64,000 nt of DNA from an uncultured Clostridia bacterium. Lineage in GTDB: Bacteria > Bacillota > Clostridia > Oscillospirales > JAAYOS01. The DNA lies in assembly GCA_944387575.1 (NCBI GenBank), contig CALXFK010000064.1, positions 20,689-84,688 on the forward strand. The letters run 5' to 3'. How positions within the stretch are numbered: position 1 is the first letter of the stretch; every line of letters begins with the position of its first letter. The notes beneath the pieces were generated by a model that saw nothing but the letters and a program-made list of their open reading frames with translations, was not told where the DNA came from and ran no database searches. Positions 26,692-35,416 of this stretch are shown here, piece by piece. The translations under genes were made by a program, and so were the position numbers.

Positions 26692-28017
26692 TCAGCGGCG
26701 ACCACGGTAACCGCGGCTGCGGCGGTTGCGGCGGCGACGGGAGTTAATAGCTATAACGAATATGATGTACCCGACTATCAGGAGCACTATCGCAAGCCCT
26801 ACAAACAGCACCCATGGCTGCGAGAAGAAGCCCTTGACCTCCTGTGCATACAGCAGGGTCTTGTCAAGTGAGACCGAGTTTATCGCAATGAGAGGGATAG
26901 TGCCGTACTCTCTTCCGTTCCACACTACCGTGACCGAGCCGTACGTGTCTCCCTTGACCACCGGCGCATCCACCCCCTCGGGAGAATCCACTGTGACCTC
27001 GAGTTCGACCTGCTCGATGTCGAATGTGTCGGGCAGAAGTGCATCGAGACCGGATTCCGGCTTCAGTACAACGTAATCGGCGTCCGAACTGAGCGAGACC
27101 GGAAGTTCGTACAGTCCCTTCGTCGGGTCGAGTAGCTGCTGTATCGAGTAGCAGTCAAATGCCCACTCATACAGGTTCTTCGAGTCGACGAAGCTCATTA
27201 TGCGTTCAGTTTCCTGGTCGTATACCGAACCCATCACGACGCAGATGTAGTAGCTCGAATCCTTCTCGGCAGAGCTTACAAGGCAGTATCCGGCACCAGA
27301 CGTGTGACCGGTCTTTATGCCCTTCGCGTAGTGGTAGATGTAGTTCGGGTTCTTGAGACGGGAAATGAGATGATTGGTAGTGAAAAATGTGCGTTCACCG
27401 CTCTTGTTGGTCGCGGGAATGATGACGCTTGCGGTGTTGCATATCTCGAGAAAGTGCGGATTTTCGAGGGCGGCAAGGGTTATCTTGTAAATGTCACGCG
27501 GGGAGGAGTAGTGCCCCTCCTCAGTGAGCCCGTGCGTGTTCATAAAATGTGTGTTTGTACACCCGAGCTCGGCTGCACGCTCGTTCATGCGGTCGACAAA
27601 CGCATCTATCGAGCCGTAAAGGTGCTCGGCGACGACGTTGCAGGCGTCGTTTGCAGAGGCGATGAGAATACAGTCGAGCAGGTACTCCATAAGTATCTCC
27701 TCTCCCGCATACAGCCCGGCGATAGAGCTGTCCGGATGGAGGTCATCAAGCGCACTCTGGGAGACCGTGACCATGTCGTCTAGGTTTGCCTCCTCGAGCA
27801 CTATGAGCGCGGTCATTATCTTGGTAAGCGAGGCGGGGCTCGCCTGCTCATCGGCATTCTTTTCGTACAGCACCGTGTCGCTCGCCGGGTCCATCAGCAG
27901 TGCCCGCGCTGCGGCTATCTCGGGGGGAGAGGATGCATCGGCGAACGCAGATGTGGGCAATGTGGGGGCTAAAATGGCGATGAGCAAAAAAAGAGCAAGA
28001 ATTTTAAATTTTTTCAT
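26692..28017 (-). CDS. D-alanyl-D-alanine carboxypeptidase (PBP5-type serine peptidase S11) with a C-terminal TM anchor
   Basis: It has a signal peptide, the SxxK motif SLTKIMT, an SAN motif and a KTGHT motif. The basic C-terminal tail follows a TM segment. Confidence 0.85.
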   Translation of the reverse strand: MKKFKILALFLLIAILAPTLPTSAFADASSPPEIAAARALLMDPASDTVLYEKNADEQASPASLTKIMTALIVLEEANLDDMVTVSQSALDDLHPDSSIAGLYAGEEILMEYLLDCILIASANDACNVVAEHLYGSIDAFVDRMNERAAELGCTNTHFMNTHGLTEEGHYSSPRDIYKITLAALENPHFLEICNTASVIIPATNKSGERTFFTTNHLISRLKNPNYIYHYAKGIKTGHTSGAGYCLVSSAEKDSSYYICVVMGSVYDQETERIMSFVDSKNLYEWAFDCYSIQQLLDPTKGLYELPVSLSSDADYVVLKPESGLDALLPDTFDIEQVELEVTVDSPEGVDAPVVKGDTYGSVTVVWNGREYGTIPLIAINSVSLDKTLLYAQEVKGFFSQPWVLFVGLAIVLLIVGYIIFVIAINSRRRRNRRSRGYRGRR

Positions 28018-28100
28018 TTTCTTCTCCAGAGAAATGTGTTACAATATATCATGACGGGAAATCGCGTGCCACTCTGACCGGGATGTGTCTTGCCGCGTCC

Positions 28101-28120
28101 TCAGCCGCTGTCAGCCGCTG
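28101..28120. repeat. Perfect tandem 10-bp direct repeat
   Basis: tcagccgctg occurs twice in tandem. It sits in the predicted 5' leader of the minus-strand dac gene. Confidence 0.9.
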
Positions 28121-28205
28121 TTAGTATAGCATATTATAGCAGATGCGGTTAGCTGAAACAATATAAAAATAATAAACAAAGCGCGAATTGGGCGAGGGAG
28201 GTATT

Positions 28206-28511
28206 ATGGAATTCAATAAACTGGTCAGAGACAAGATCCCTGAAATGATAAGAAGTCATGGTGAAGAAGCGGTTATAAGAGTTTTACAGGCTGATGAATA
28301 CATTGAGTGCCTTGAAAAGAAGCTCGACGAAGAAGTTGCCGAATATCATGCGAGCGGAGAGACCGAGGAGCTGGCGGACATTTTGGAAGTGGCATTTGCG
28401 CTTGCGGAGGCGCGCGGCGTAACGAGAGAGGAACTCATGTCGGTGTGCAGAGAGAAGGAAGAGAGCCGCGGAGGATTTGCTGAGAGGATATTTTTGATAT
28501 CCAAGCGATAG
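28206..28511 (+). CDS. MazG-like nucleoside triphosphate pyrophosphohydrolase (small, all-alpha)
   Basis: Sequence includes MEFNKLVRDKIPE and the acidic motif EEVAEY...EELADILEV. Confidence 0.65.
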   Translation: MEFNKLVRDKIPEMIRSHGEEAVIRVLQADEYIECLEKKLDEEVAEYHASGETEELADILEVAFALAEARGVTREELMSVCREKEESRGGFAERIFLISKR

Positions 28512-28616
28512 CGGCGCCGCAGAACAGGGCAACAGTAACCGAAACAAGAGAGATTTACCGGGTCACGGAGAACGGACAGACGTTCCCGCCCGGTGTTACC
28601 AAAGAAGGAGAAGGAT

Positions 28617-29303
28617 ATGAAAATACTGGTCGTAGATGATGAGAAGCTGCTGGTAAAGGGGCTGAAATTCAACCTCGAAAACGACGGCTATGAGGTCGAG
28701 TGCGCGTATGACGGCGAGGAGGGAGTCGCAATAGTTCGCCGCGGCGGGATTGACCTTGTGCTGCTCGACCTGATGATGCCCAAAATGGATGGGCTGGAGG
28801 CGTGCCGCCGTATACGCGAGTTCTCGAAGGTGCCGATAATTATGCTCACCGCGAAAAGCGAGGACACCGATAAGATAATAGGTTTCGAGTATGGCGCGGA
28901 TGACTACATCACAAAGCCCTTCAACATAATGGAGGTCAAGGTGCGTGTGCGCGCGATACTTCGCCGCGCCGCCACCCCCGCAAAGAAGGAGGAGAACCCG
29001 CCCGGACGTATCGTCCACGGTCACATCGAGCTTGACTCGTACAGCCGTAATGCGTACATCGACGGACGGACCATCGACCTCACCGCAAAGGAATATGACC
29101 TTGTGGAGCTGATGATGAACAACCCCGACCGCGTTTACAGCCGCGAGAACCTGCTCAATGTGGTCTGGGGATATGAGTACCCGGGCGACATCCGGACGGT
29201 GGACGTGCATATCCGCCGCCTGCGCGAGAAGCTCGAGCGGGACCCTGCCCGTCCTGAGCACATTATGACTAAATGGGGAGTGGGTTACTATTTCAAGGCA
29301 TGA
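28617..29303 (+). CDS. OmpR-family response regulator
   Basis: The receiver domain shows MKILVVDDE, DLVLLDLMMPKMDG and TAK. The winged-helix region shows VDVHIRRLREKLE. Confidence 0.9.
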   Translation: MKILVVDDEKLLVKGLKFNLENDGYEVECAYDGEEGVAIVRRGGIDLVLLDLMMPKMDGLEACRRIREFSKVPIIMLTAKSEDTDKIIGFEYGADDYITKPFNIMEVKVRVRAILRRAATPAKKEENPPGRIVHGHIELDSYSRNAYIDGRTIDLTAKEYDLVELMMNNPDRVYSRENLLNVVWGYEYPGDIRTVDVHIRRLREKLERDPARPEHIMTKWGVGYYFKA

Positions 29304-29392
29304 CCCGTCCGTAACCGACGGAGCGGTCAAGGACGCAGGTCATGGAGGTCCCGCAGACCGCACAAGCGAAAACAAAAACGGAATAGTCGAGG

Positions 29393-29423
29393 CGAAAGCG
29401 GCGGCAAAACTGCGCCGCTTTCG
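29393..29423 (+). promoter_or_regulatory. Intercistronic RNA hairpin between the response-regulator and kinase genes
   Basis: A perfect 11-bp stem, cgaaagcggcg / cgccgctttcg, has a 9-nt loop and no trailing U tract. Confidence 0.4.
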
Positions 29424-29454
29424 TCCCCGTGCGCGAATACAGTTGAAGGTGGCG

Positions 29455-30834
29455 ATGACATACATCGCCATCATTTTTGCTGTGCTCGCGATCCTTGATA
29501 TATATCCCGCTCGGGTCAGCCGGAACTTCATATTCCGTTCGAAGCAGGACACCATGGAGGACCGCGCAGTGCTCTTTGCCTCCACTCTCTCCGGCATTGG
29601 GGAGATGACCGAGGAGAGCTCGCGGCGTGTGTACGAGGCGATAGATTTCGGCGCGGAGCGGTCGCTTCGCGTGGTGGTGGTAGACGATGAGTTCTATTCG
29701 GTGTACGACAACTCCACAAGCGAGAACACAGAGGGAAAGCTCGTGCTTCTCACCGACCTGCGAGCTGCAATGGACGGAAACGATACCGTGTTCTGCGAGT
29801 ATCAGGACGGGGTGATAACCTCACGCGCCGCGGCGCCCATCATGGTCGAGGGTGAGATCGTGGGTGCAGTCTACCTGTACGAGGTGGACGACGAGCTCGG
29901 CGGGCTGTTGTACGACATGCAGAGCAACCTCGTTCGAATATCGGTCATTGTCTGTGTAGGAGTAATAATAATATCGCTTCTTCTCAGCCGACTGCTCACC
30001 CGAAGGATAGCCGAGTTGCTCAAGGTCATCCGCCGAATGCAGGACGGAAAGTACGGCTTGCACGCGAAGGTGAACGGCACTGACGAACTGAGTGAGCTCG
30101 CAGCCGAGTTCAACACTATGAGTGACCGGTTAAAGAAGTCGGAGGAGATGCGGCGCAGATTTGTAAGCGACGCATCGCACGAGCTGAAAACGCCGCTTGC
30201 GTCGGTGAGAATATTGGTCGACTCCATTCTTGGAAGCGAGGATATGCCTCCCGAGATGATACGCGAGTTTATCGAGGGCATAGGGGAGGAGACCGATCGC
30301 CTCACGCGGCTCACCGAGAGCCTTCTCAACGTCTCACGCCTGGACGCGAAGCGCCCGAAGATAGGTGCTGTCGATGTCGGGGGCGTGGTACAGCGGGTCA
30401 CGCGAAACCTCAATCCGCTTGCAGCAGGGGAGAACATCAGCATCGAGCTGTCGCTGGACGAGAAGTGCATAATCGATGCGAATGCGGACGATGTATACCA
30501 GATAGTGTTCAATTTAATGGAGAATGCGGTCAAGTACAACCACCCGAACGGGGAAGTGCACGTATTCCTGTATGGCAAGGAGGAGCAGGTCACGCTCATA
30601 GTCGCGGACACCGGCGTTGGTATCCCGGAGGCGGAAGTTGACCGGGTGTTTGAGAGGTTCTATCGCGTGGACAAGGCTCGCTCGCGCGAGGCGGGAGGTA
30701 GCGGTCTCGGGCTTGCGATAGTCAAGACGGCGGTCGAGCAGTTTGGAGGCAGCATAGAGGTGGAGTCCACTCTCGGGGAGGGCACTCGGATAACGGTCGT
30801 ATTCCCGGCGGCTGGCAGGAGGGCAAAAGGATGA
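29455..30834 (+). CDS. Sensor histidine kinase (2 TM, HAMP, HisKA, HATPase_c)
   Basis: The H-box is FVSDASHELKTPL, the N-box is NLMENAVKYN and the G-boxes are DTGVGI and GGSGLGLAIV. The start is the ATG at 29455, or the TTG at 29443. Confidence 0.85.
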   Translation: MTYIAIIFAVLAILDIYPARVSRNFIFRSKQDTMEDRAVLFASTLSGIGEMTEESSRRVYEAIDFGAERSLRVVVVDDEFYSVYDNSTSENTEGKLVLLTDLRAAMDGNDTVFCEYQDGVITSRAAAPIMVEGEIVGAVYLYEVDDELGGLLYDMQSNLVRISVIVCVGVIIISLLLSRLLTRRIAELLKVIRRMQDGKYGLHAKVNGTDELSELAAEFNTMSDRLKKSEEMRRRFVSDASHELKTPLASVRILVDSILGSEDMPPEMIREFIEGIGEETDRLTRLTESLLNVSRLDAKRPKIGAVDVGGVVQRVTRNLNPLAAGENISIELSLDEKCIIDANADDVYQIVFNLMENAVKYNHPNGEVHVFLYGKEEQVTLIVADTGVGIPEAEVDRVFERFYRVDKARSREAGGSGLGLAIVKTAVEQFGGSIEVESTLGEGTRITVVFPAAGRRAKG

Positions 30835-32129
30835 GACGGAGACTTTGTGCGCTGGTTTGTGTGCTGGCGTTGTTCTGTGCCGCTGCGGGATGTTCAAACC
30901 GGCAGACGCAGGGGGAGAGCATAACACTGTGGTTTCTCTCCCAGATAGCAGATGACCTTGGGGTGGATCCGCTTGTCAGTGCTGAAATAACGGTGGGTCG
31001 TAATGCGGACAAGGTCACTGCCGCAATGCTCGCGCTGCTTCAGGGGACCGGCGACCACCAGTCTCCCTATTTGGAGGGCGTGCAGGTCGCGGGTATCACC
31101 TACGACGGCGGGGAGGTCACTATAGATTTCAACGAACGGTATCTCGAAATGGAGGGCGTGGAGCTCGCGGGTGCGGAGGCTTGCGCGACCCTCACGCTGT
31201 GTGGGATCGACGGGGTGACCGGCGTTAGTTTCACCGTATCCGGACAGCCGTACATGACCGGTGGTAGGAGCATGCTTGAGGTGGAGGACATAGTGACCGG
31301 CGACCTGTCGCTCAAACCGGTCGAGCGGGAGGTGTCGGTGTATTTCAGCGACGGCAATACACAGTACGTCGTAAAAGAGACGAGAAATGTCGTGCTGCGA
31401 GAGACTGCGCTTCTCGAGCGGTACGCGATAGACGAGCTGATAAAGGGACCAAACGACAGCTCGCTTGCCTCCACTCTGCCGGAGGGGACGTCGGTACTCA
31501 GCGTTTCCACCGAGCAACGGGTGTGCATAGTGAACTTCTCGGAGGAGTTCGAGCAGATAATGGAGTATCCACTTGCCGAGCGGATACAGACGCTTTTTGC
31601 GGTCACAAGTACAATATGCGGAGGCGGAGACGTGGACTGCGTACAGTACTACGTGGATGGCGAGAGGCTGTTCGATGGACCTATGTACAAAAATGACATT
31701 GCAGAGGGGAAGTTTGTCGACAACGCGATAGACTGTACCGTGTACCTGCCCTCCGACGACGGGAAGGGCGCGGTCGGGGTGTTGATGCGTGTCGAGACCG
31801 GCGGAGGATTCGACATCAACCGGCTACTCTGCGAGCGGCTTGCCACCGGGATAGACGGTAACGGGTTTATGAGTGCGCTGCCGCGCGGGACCCGCGTCAA
31901 TGGGGTCTCGATAGCAAACGGGATAGCGACAATAAACTTTTCGCTCGAATTTGCGCAGAACGAGCCTCCGGACGGCGTTTCACGCGAACTCATGGAGAAT
32001 ACGATCGCGCTCACCCTTGCGTCCACCAATGAAGGGGTGGAGGCGGTCACATTCCTTGTCGAGGGAGAGATATACGGCGGGGGCAGAGTGGTGCAGGCTG
32101 ATTTTTCGCTTGTTCGCAGTGAACGGTGA
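30831..32129 (+). CDS. GerMN-domain lipoprotein (two GerMN-like modules)
   Basis: The lipobox is AAAGCSN. Sequence includes IDELIKGPNDSSLASTLPEGTSVLSVSTEQRVCIVNFSEEF and a second ...ATINFSLEF module. There is an ATGA overlap with the kinase gene. Confidence 0.65.
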   Translation: MRRRLCALVCVLALFCAAAGCSNRQTQGESITLWFLSQIADDLGVDPLVSAEITVGRNADKVTAAMLALLQGTGDHQSPYLEGVQVAGITYDGGEVTIDFNERYLEMEGVELAGAEACATLTLCGIDGVTGVSFTVSGQPYMTGGRSMLEVEDIVTGDLSLKPVEREVSVYFSDGNTQYVVKETRNVVLRETALLERYAIDELIKGPNDSSLASTLPEGTSVLSVSTEQRVCIVNFSEEFEQIMEYPLAERIQTLFAVTSTICGGGDVDCVQYYVDGERLFDGPMYKNDIAEGKFVDNAIDCTVYLPSDDGKGAVGVLMRVETGGGFDINRLLCERLATGIDGNGFMSALPRGTRVNGVSIANGIATINFSLEFAQNEPPDGVSRELMENTIALTLASTNEGVEAVTFLVEGEIYGGGRVVQADFSLVRSER

Positions 32130-32196
32130 GTAAATAAATCAATGATTTGTAAATTGCATATTCAGAGCAAATAATATATTTATTGGAGGTCTAAAT

Positions 32197-33480
32197 ATGG
32201 AAAACTACCGTTTTGAAACGCTTGCGGTCCATGCCGGGTACGAACCGGAGGGACCGAGACCGGTCATGACGCCGATATATATGACTACCGCCTACGACTT
32301 TGGCACGACCGAGCTTGCTCGCCGTCGTTTTGCGCTGGAGGACGGCGGTGACATATACACCCGGCTCTCCAACCCCACCACGGCAGTACTTGAGCGGAGG
32401 ATAGCGGCGCTGGATGGAGGATATTCTGCGGTTGCGGCGGCGAGCGGTCATGCAGCGATGACAATGTGCTTTATGAACCTTGCGGGTCAGGGCGACGAGA
32501 TAGTCTCTGCGAAGAACATATATGGCGGCGCGGTGAATCTGATGAGCAAGACGTTCGCGCAGTTCGGCGTCAAGTTCACGTTGGTGGACGGGCGCGACCC
32601 GGAAAACTTCCGGCGTGCGACTACCTCCCGCACCCGCGCATACTTCCTCGAGACGCTTGGCAACCCGCTCGGCGACATCGTGGACATCGAAGCCATCGCG
32701 AAGATAGCGCATGAGAACGGCATTCCGCTCATAGCGGACAACACCGAGGCGACCCCGGCGCTGATGCGTCCGCTCGAGCATGGTGCGGACATAGTGGTAT
32801 ATTCGTCTACCAAGTTCCTCTGTGGCACAGGTGCCGCGATGGGAGGACTTGTGGTGGACGGCGGCAAGTTCCAGTGGCGCGGCAACCCGCGCTTCCCCGA
32901 GTACAATGAGCCCGACCCGAGCTACCACGGAATAGTGTACGCCGACCTCGGTCCGGATGCGTTTGCACAGAAGCTGCGTGCACACATACTACGCGATATC
33001 GGCGCCTGTCAGTCCCCATTCAATGCGTGGGTCACGATGCTTGGAATGGAGACGCTGCCGCTGCGCATGGCAAAGCACAGTGAAAACGGACTTGCGGTGG
33101 CAAAGTGGCTAGCGGCGCGTGATGACATCGAGTCGGTCAGCCACCCTGAGCTCGAGGGTTCGCCCTACCGCGAACTTGCGAAGAAGTACTTCCCGCACGG
33201 TACGAGCTCGGTCTACTGCTTTGACATCAAGGGGGACCGGGCGACGGCGGAGAAATTCTGCGACTCGCTTGAACTCATAAACATAGTTTCCAATCTCGGC
33301 GACAGCCGCACGATAGTGAGCTGTCCCGCAGCCACCACACACTCTCAGGTCCCGGACGAGGAGCTTGAAAAAGCGGGTATCAAGCCGGGTACCATTAGAA
33401 TATCGGTGGGTATCGAGAACGTGGATGACCTGCTGCGCGACATCGAGCAGGCGCTCGACCGCGCGTTTGGAAGAATATAG
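32197..33480 (+). CDS. metY: O-acetylhomoserine sulfhydrylase (aminocarboxypropyltransferase)
   Basis: [14 protein letters not shown] is followed by Cys/Met-metabolism PLP enzyme motifs. The PLP-Lys context is YSSTKFLCG. Confidence 0.9.
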   Translation: MENYRFETLAVHAGYEPEGPRPVMTPIYMTTAYDFGTTELARRRFALEDGGDIYTRLSNPTTAVLERRIAALDGGYSAVAAASGHAAMTMCFMNLAGQGDEIVSAKNIYGGAVNLMSKTFAQFGVKFTLVDGRDPENFRRATTSRTRAYFLETLGNPLGDIVDIEAIAKIAHENGIPLIADNTEATPALMRPLEHGADIVVYSSTKFLCGTGAAMGGLVVDGGKFQWRGNPRFPEYNEPDPSYHGIVYADLGPDAFAQKLRAHILRDIGACQSPFNAWVTMLGMETLPLRMAKHSENGLAVAKWLAARDDIESVSHPELEGSPYRELAKKYFPHGTSSVYCFDIKGDRATAEKFCDSLELINIVSNLGDSRTIVSCPAATTHSQVPDEELEKAGIKPGTIRISVGIENVDDLLRDIEQALDRAFGRI

Positions 33481-33497
33481 GCGCGCCGGAGTGAGAG

Positions 33498-34760
33498 ATG
33501 CGGATGATACGACTTAATAAAGAAAGAATATATCTGCACGCACCAAACGCGTGCGTGCTAGCGGCGGTATCTGTCTCGCCCGCGCCCCCTGTCAATGAGC
33601 TGGAGGACGCGATACGCCGCGCCGCCGCGAGACACGGTTCGCTCGCAATGAGGGTGGAGCGCAGAAGCGAGGGCGAGAACGGATACGAACAGTGTGAGCC
33701 TAAGCTCGAGATCTCGCACGACCGGCTGGAAAGCGAGTTTGACTGGCTGGGCGCGGCGGATGATCTGCGGGAGTATGTGTTCGACACCGCGTCGGGGGAG
33801 ATGGCGCGCTTCGTGATACTCGAGGGCGAGGGGGAGACCCAGCTCGTCTGCGGGGTACACCGGCTCGCGGGAGACGAGCGCTCGGTGGTGCTGCTGCTTT
33901 CGGACGTTGCGGCGGCGCTCGGCGGGGCAGAGCTTTCGCCGCTGCCGATGGAGAGTCATGAACAGCCGGAACGAAAGGTGAGCGGTATGCTCTCGATGAT
34001 GGTCAAGATGTGCAACCGGCGTTGGAAGCAGCAGGGTCGCGCATTTGGAGAGACCGAGTACCGCAAGCTCTGTGAGAAGGCGGCGGAGCAGTCGCAGCTC
34101 ATATGCAGCCGCAGTTTCGACGCAAATATGACTTCGGCTATACAGAACGCCTGCCGCGAGCATGGGGTCAGCTGTGCCGACGCGGTCGCGGCTGCTGTCG
34201 TGTACACCTGGAGGGAACGGTGCGAGGTTAATATGACAAGCGAGCTGCGTGAGAGCGGCTGCGCCGCAATGGGCGACTACTCCACGTGTGTGACCCTCGC
34301 GGTCGACCCGCGCACCAAGAGCTTCTGGCAGACAGCGGCGGAGCTGAAAGCGGCGCGCAAGACGGCGGAGGGTGACCCGGCAAAGCTTTACGCCCAGATG
34401 AGCCTGCTGGACGCCGCGGAGCCTACGCTGATAGACGCGGCGTGGTATCAGACCTACGACCTTGTGCGCCACCCGATGGTCGGTCAGCTCGCGGACATGC
34501 TCGGGCTCGGGATGCATTCGCGGAGTTTCTCGGTCACCGGACTGGGGCGGGTGAGCCTCGAGGGCGGCGGATACCGCTGGAGCGGGCTTGCGGTGATGCC
34601 GCCGTGGCTGCCGCTTGCGCGGAGAACGGTCGCGGAGGTCGAGCTCGCGGGAGAGCTCGTGGTCACGATGCAGCTTGCGGATGACGCGGACGCGGATGCG
34701 GATGCGGAGCGTTTCGAGGATGCGATGCTGCTGCTGGAGGAGGCTACGGTGGACGAGTGA
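33498..34760 (+). CDS. Stand-alone condensation-domain-like protein (function unknown)
   Basis: At 420 aa it has the size of a condensation/CAT-like fold. CGVHRLAGDERSVVLLLSD (aa 118-136) aligns to the HHxxxDGxS motif, with Arg in place of the second His. It has an acidic DDADADADAE tail. Confidence 0.4.
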   Translation: MRMIRLNKERIYLHAPNACVLAAVSVSPAPPVNELEDAIRRAAARHGSLAMRVERRSEGENGYEQCEPKLEISHDRLESEFDWLGAADDLREYVFDTASGEMARFVILEGEGETQLVCGVHRLAGDERSVVLLLSDVAAALGGAELSPLPMESHEQPERKVSGMLSMMVKMCNRRWKQQGRAFGETEYRKLCEKAAEQSQLICSRSFDANMTSAIQNACREHGVSCADAVAAAVVYTWRERCEVNMTSELRESGCAAMGDYSTCVTLAVDPRTKSFWQTAAELKAARKTAEGDPAKLYAQMSLLDAAEPTLIDAAWYQTYDLVRHPMVGQLADMLGLGMHSRSFSVTGLGRVSLEGGGYRWSGLAVMPPWLPLARRTVAEVELAGELVVTMQLADDADADADAERFEDAMLLLEEATVDE

Positions 34761-34805
34761 GCCGCCGCGTTAAAGGTTTTTTTACAAATTGAAGCGTCTA
34801 TGCGC

Positions 34806-34834
34806 TTGAAGCAGGCGGGGCTTTATGTTATCAT
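34806..34834 (+). promoter_or_regulatory. Sigma-A-type promoter preceding a ~130-nt structured leader
   Basis: The elements are TTGAAG (34806..34811), a 17-bp spacer and TGtTATCAT (TATCAT at 34829..34834). Confidence 0.5.
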
Positions 34835-34973
34835 GGAATTGACCACAAACTCCGGCGTGGTCGGTTCTGACCGATTGCCGGCGTACAGGTCGATGCCGGC
34901 AAGCCGGGCAGCACGGATGGTGCTGCGGGCTCCACATGGCGAAAGCCCCGAATAATTTCAGGAGGTTAGTACT

Positions 34974-35390
34974 ATGCTTAAAGTTGTTCTCGGACCGAAG
35001 GGCACCGGCAAAACTCAGCGTGTAATCGATTTGGTAAACAAGGCGATAGATCAGGAGCTTGGCAGTGTCGTCTGCATTGAGCTCGGCAACCGGCTGACCT
35101 ACGACATCAGCCACCGCGCCCGGCTCATCGATGTGACCGACTACCCGATGAACGGGTACGAGATGCTCCGCGGTTTTGTTGCGGGTCTCTGTGCGGGAAA
35201 CTACGACATTTCATATATATTTATAGACAGCCTCTACAAAGTCTCCAACGACAAGGATCCGGCGGAGACGTCCGCGTTCCTCGAGTGGCTGGATAAATTC
35301 TCGGATGAGAAGCAGTTCAAGGCGGCGGTCATGATCTCGGTCCCGATGGAGGAAGCGACCGACGTTATGAAGAAATATTCCATGGATTGA
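34974..35390 (+). CDS. Small P-loop NTPase (minimal RecA/KaiC-like Walker A/B), function unknown
   Basis: The protein is 138 aa. Walker A is GPKGTGKT and a Walker-B-like YIFIDSL is present. A strong AGGAGG RBS precedes it. Confidence 0.55.
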   Translation: MLKVVLGPKGTGKTQRVIDLVNKAIDQELGSVVCIELGNRLTYDISHRARLIDVTDYPMNGYEMLRGFVAGLCAGNYDISYIFIDSLYKVSNDKDPAETSAFLEWLDKFSDEKQFKAAVMISVPMEEATDVMKKYSMD

Positions 35391-35416
35391 CAGGGGAAGC
35401 TGGAGGAGATAGAACG

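Noticed and set aside
34680-34709. A GAT/GAC-GCG microsatellite-like stretch encoding DDADADADAE at the 3' end of gene 33498..34760.
   Set aside because: It is a short, imperfect codon repeat producing an acidic tail. There is no evidence that it is more than low-complexity coding sequence.
34841-34973. Assignment of the structured leader to a known riboswitch class. I considered c-di-GMP-I/GEMM because of CGUACAGG and GCGAAAGCC-like strings, and also ykkC/guanidine and ZTP.
   Set aside because: The hallmark conserved cores as I remember them are absent. These include GGCAAAC with a tetraloop-receptor arrangement for GEMM-I, GGGA/ACGR elements for ykkC, and the CCGGGCGGA...CGCCUGGGC pseudoknot for ZTP. 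The resemblance is limited to short GC-rich strings.
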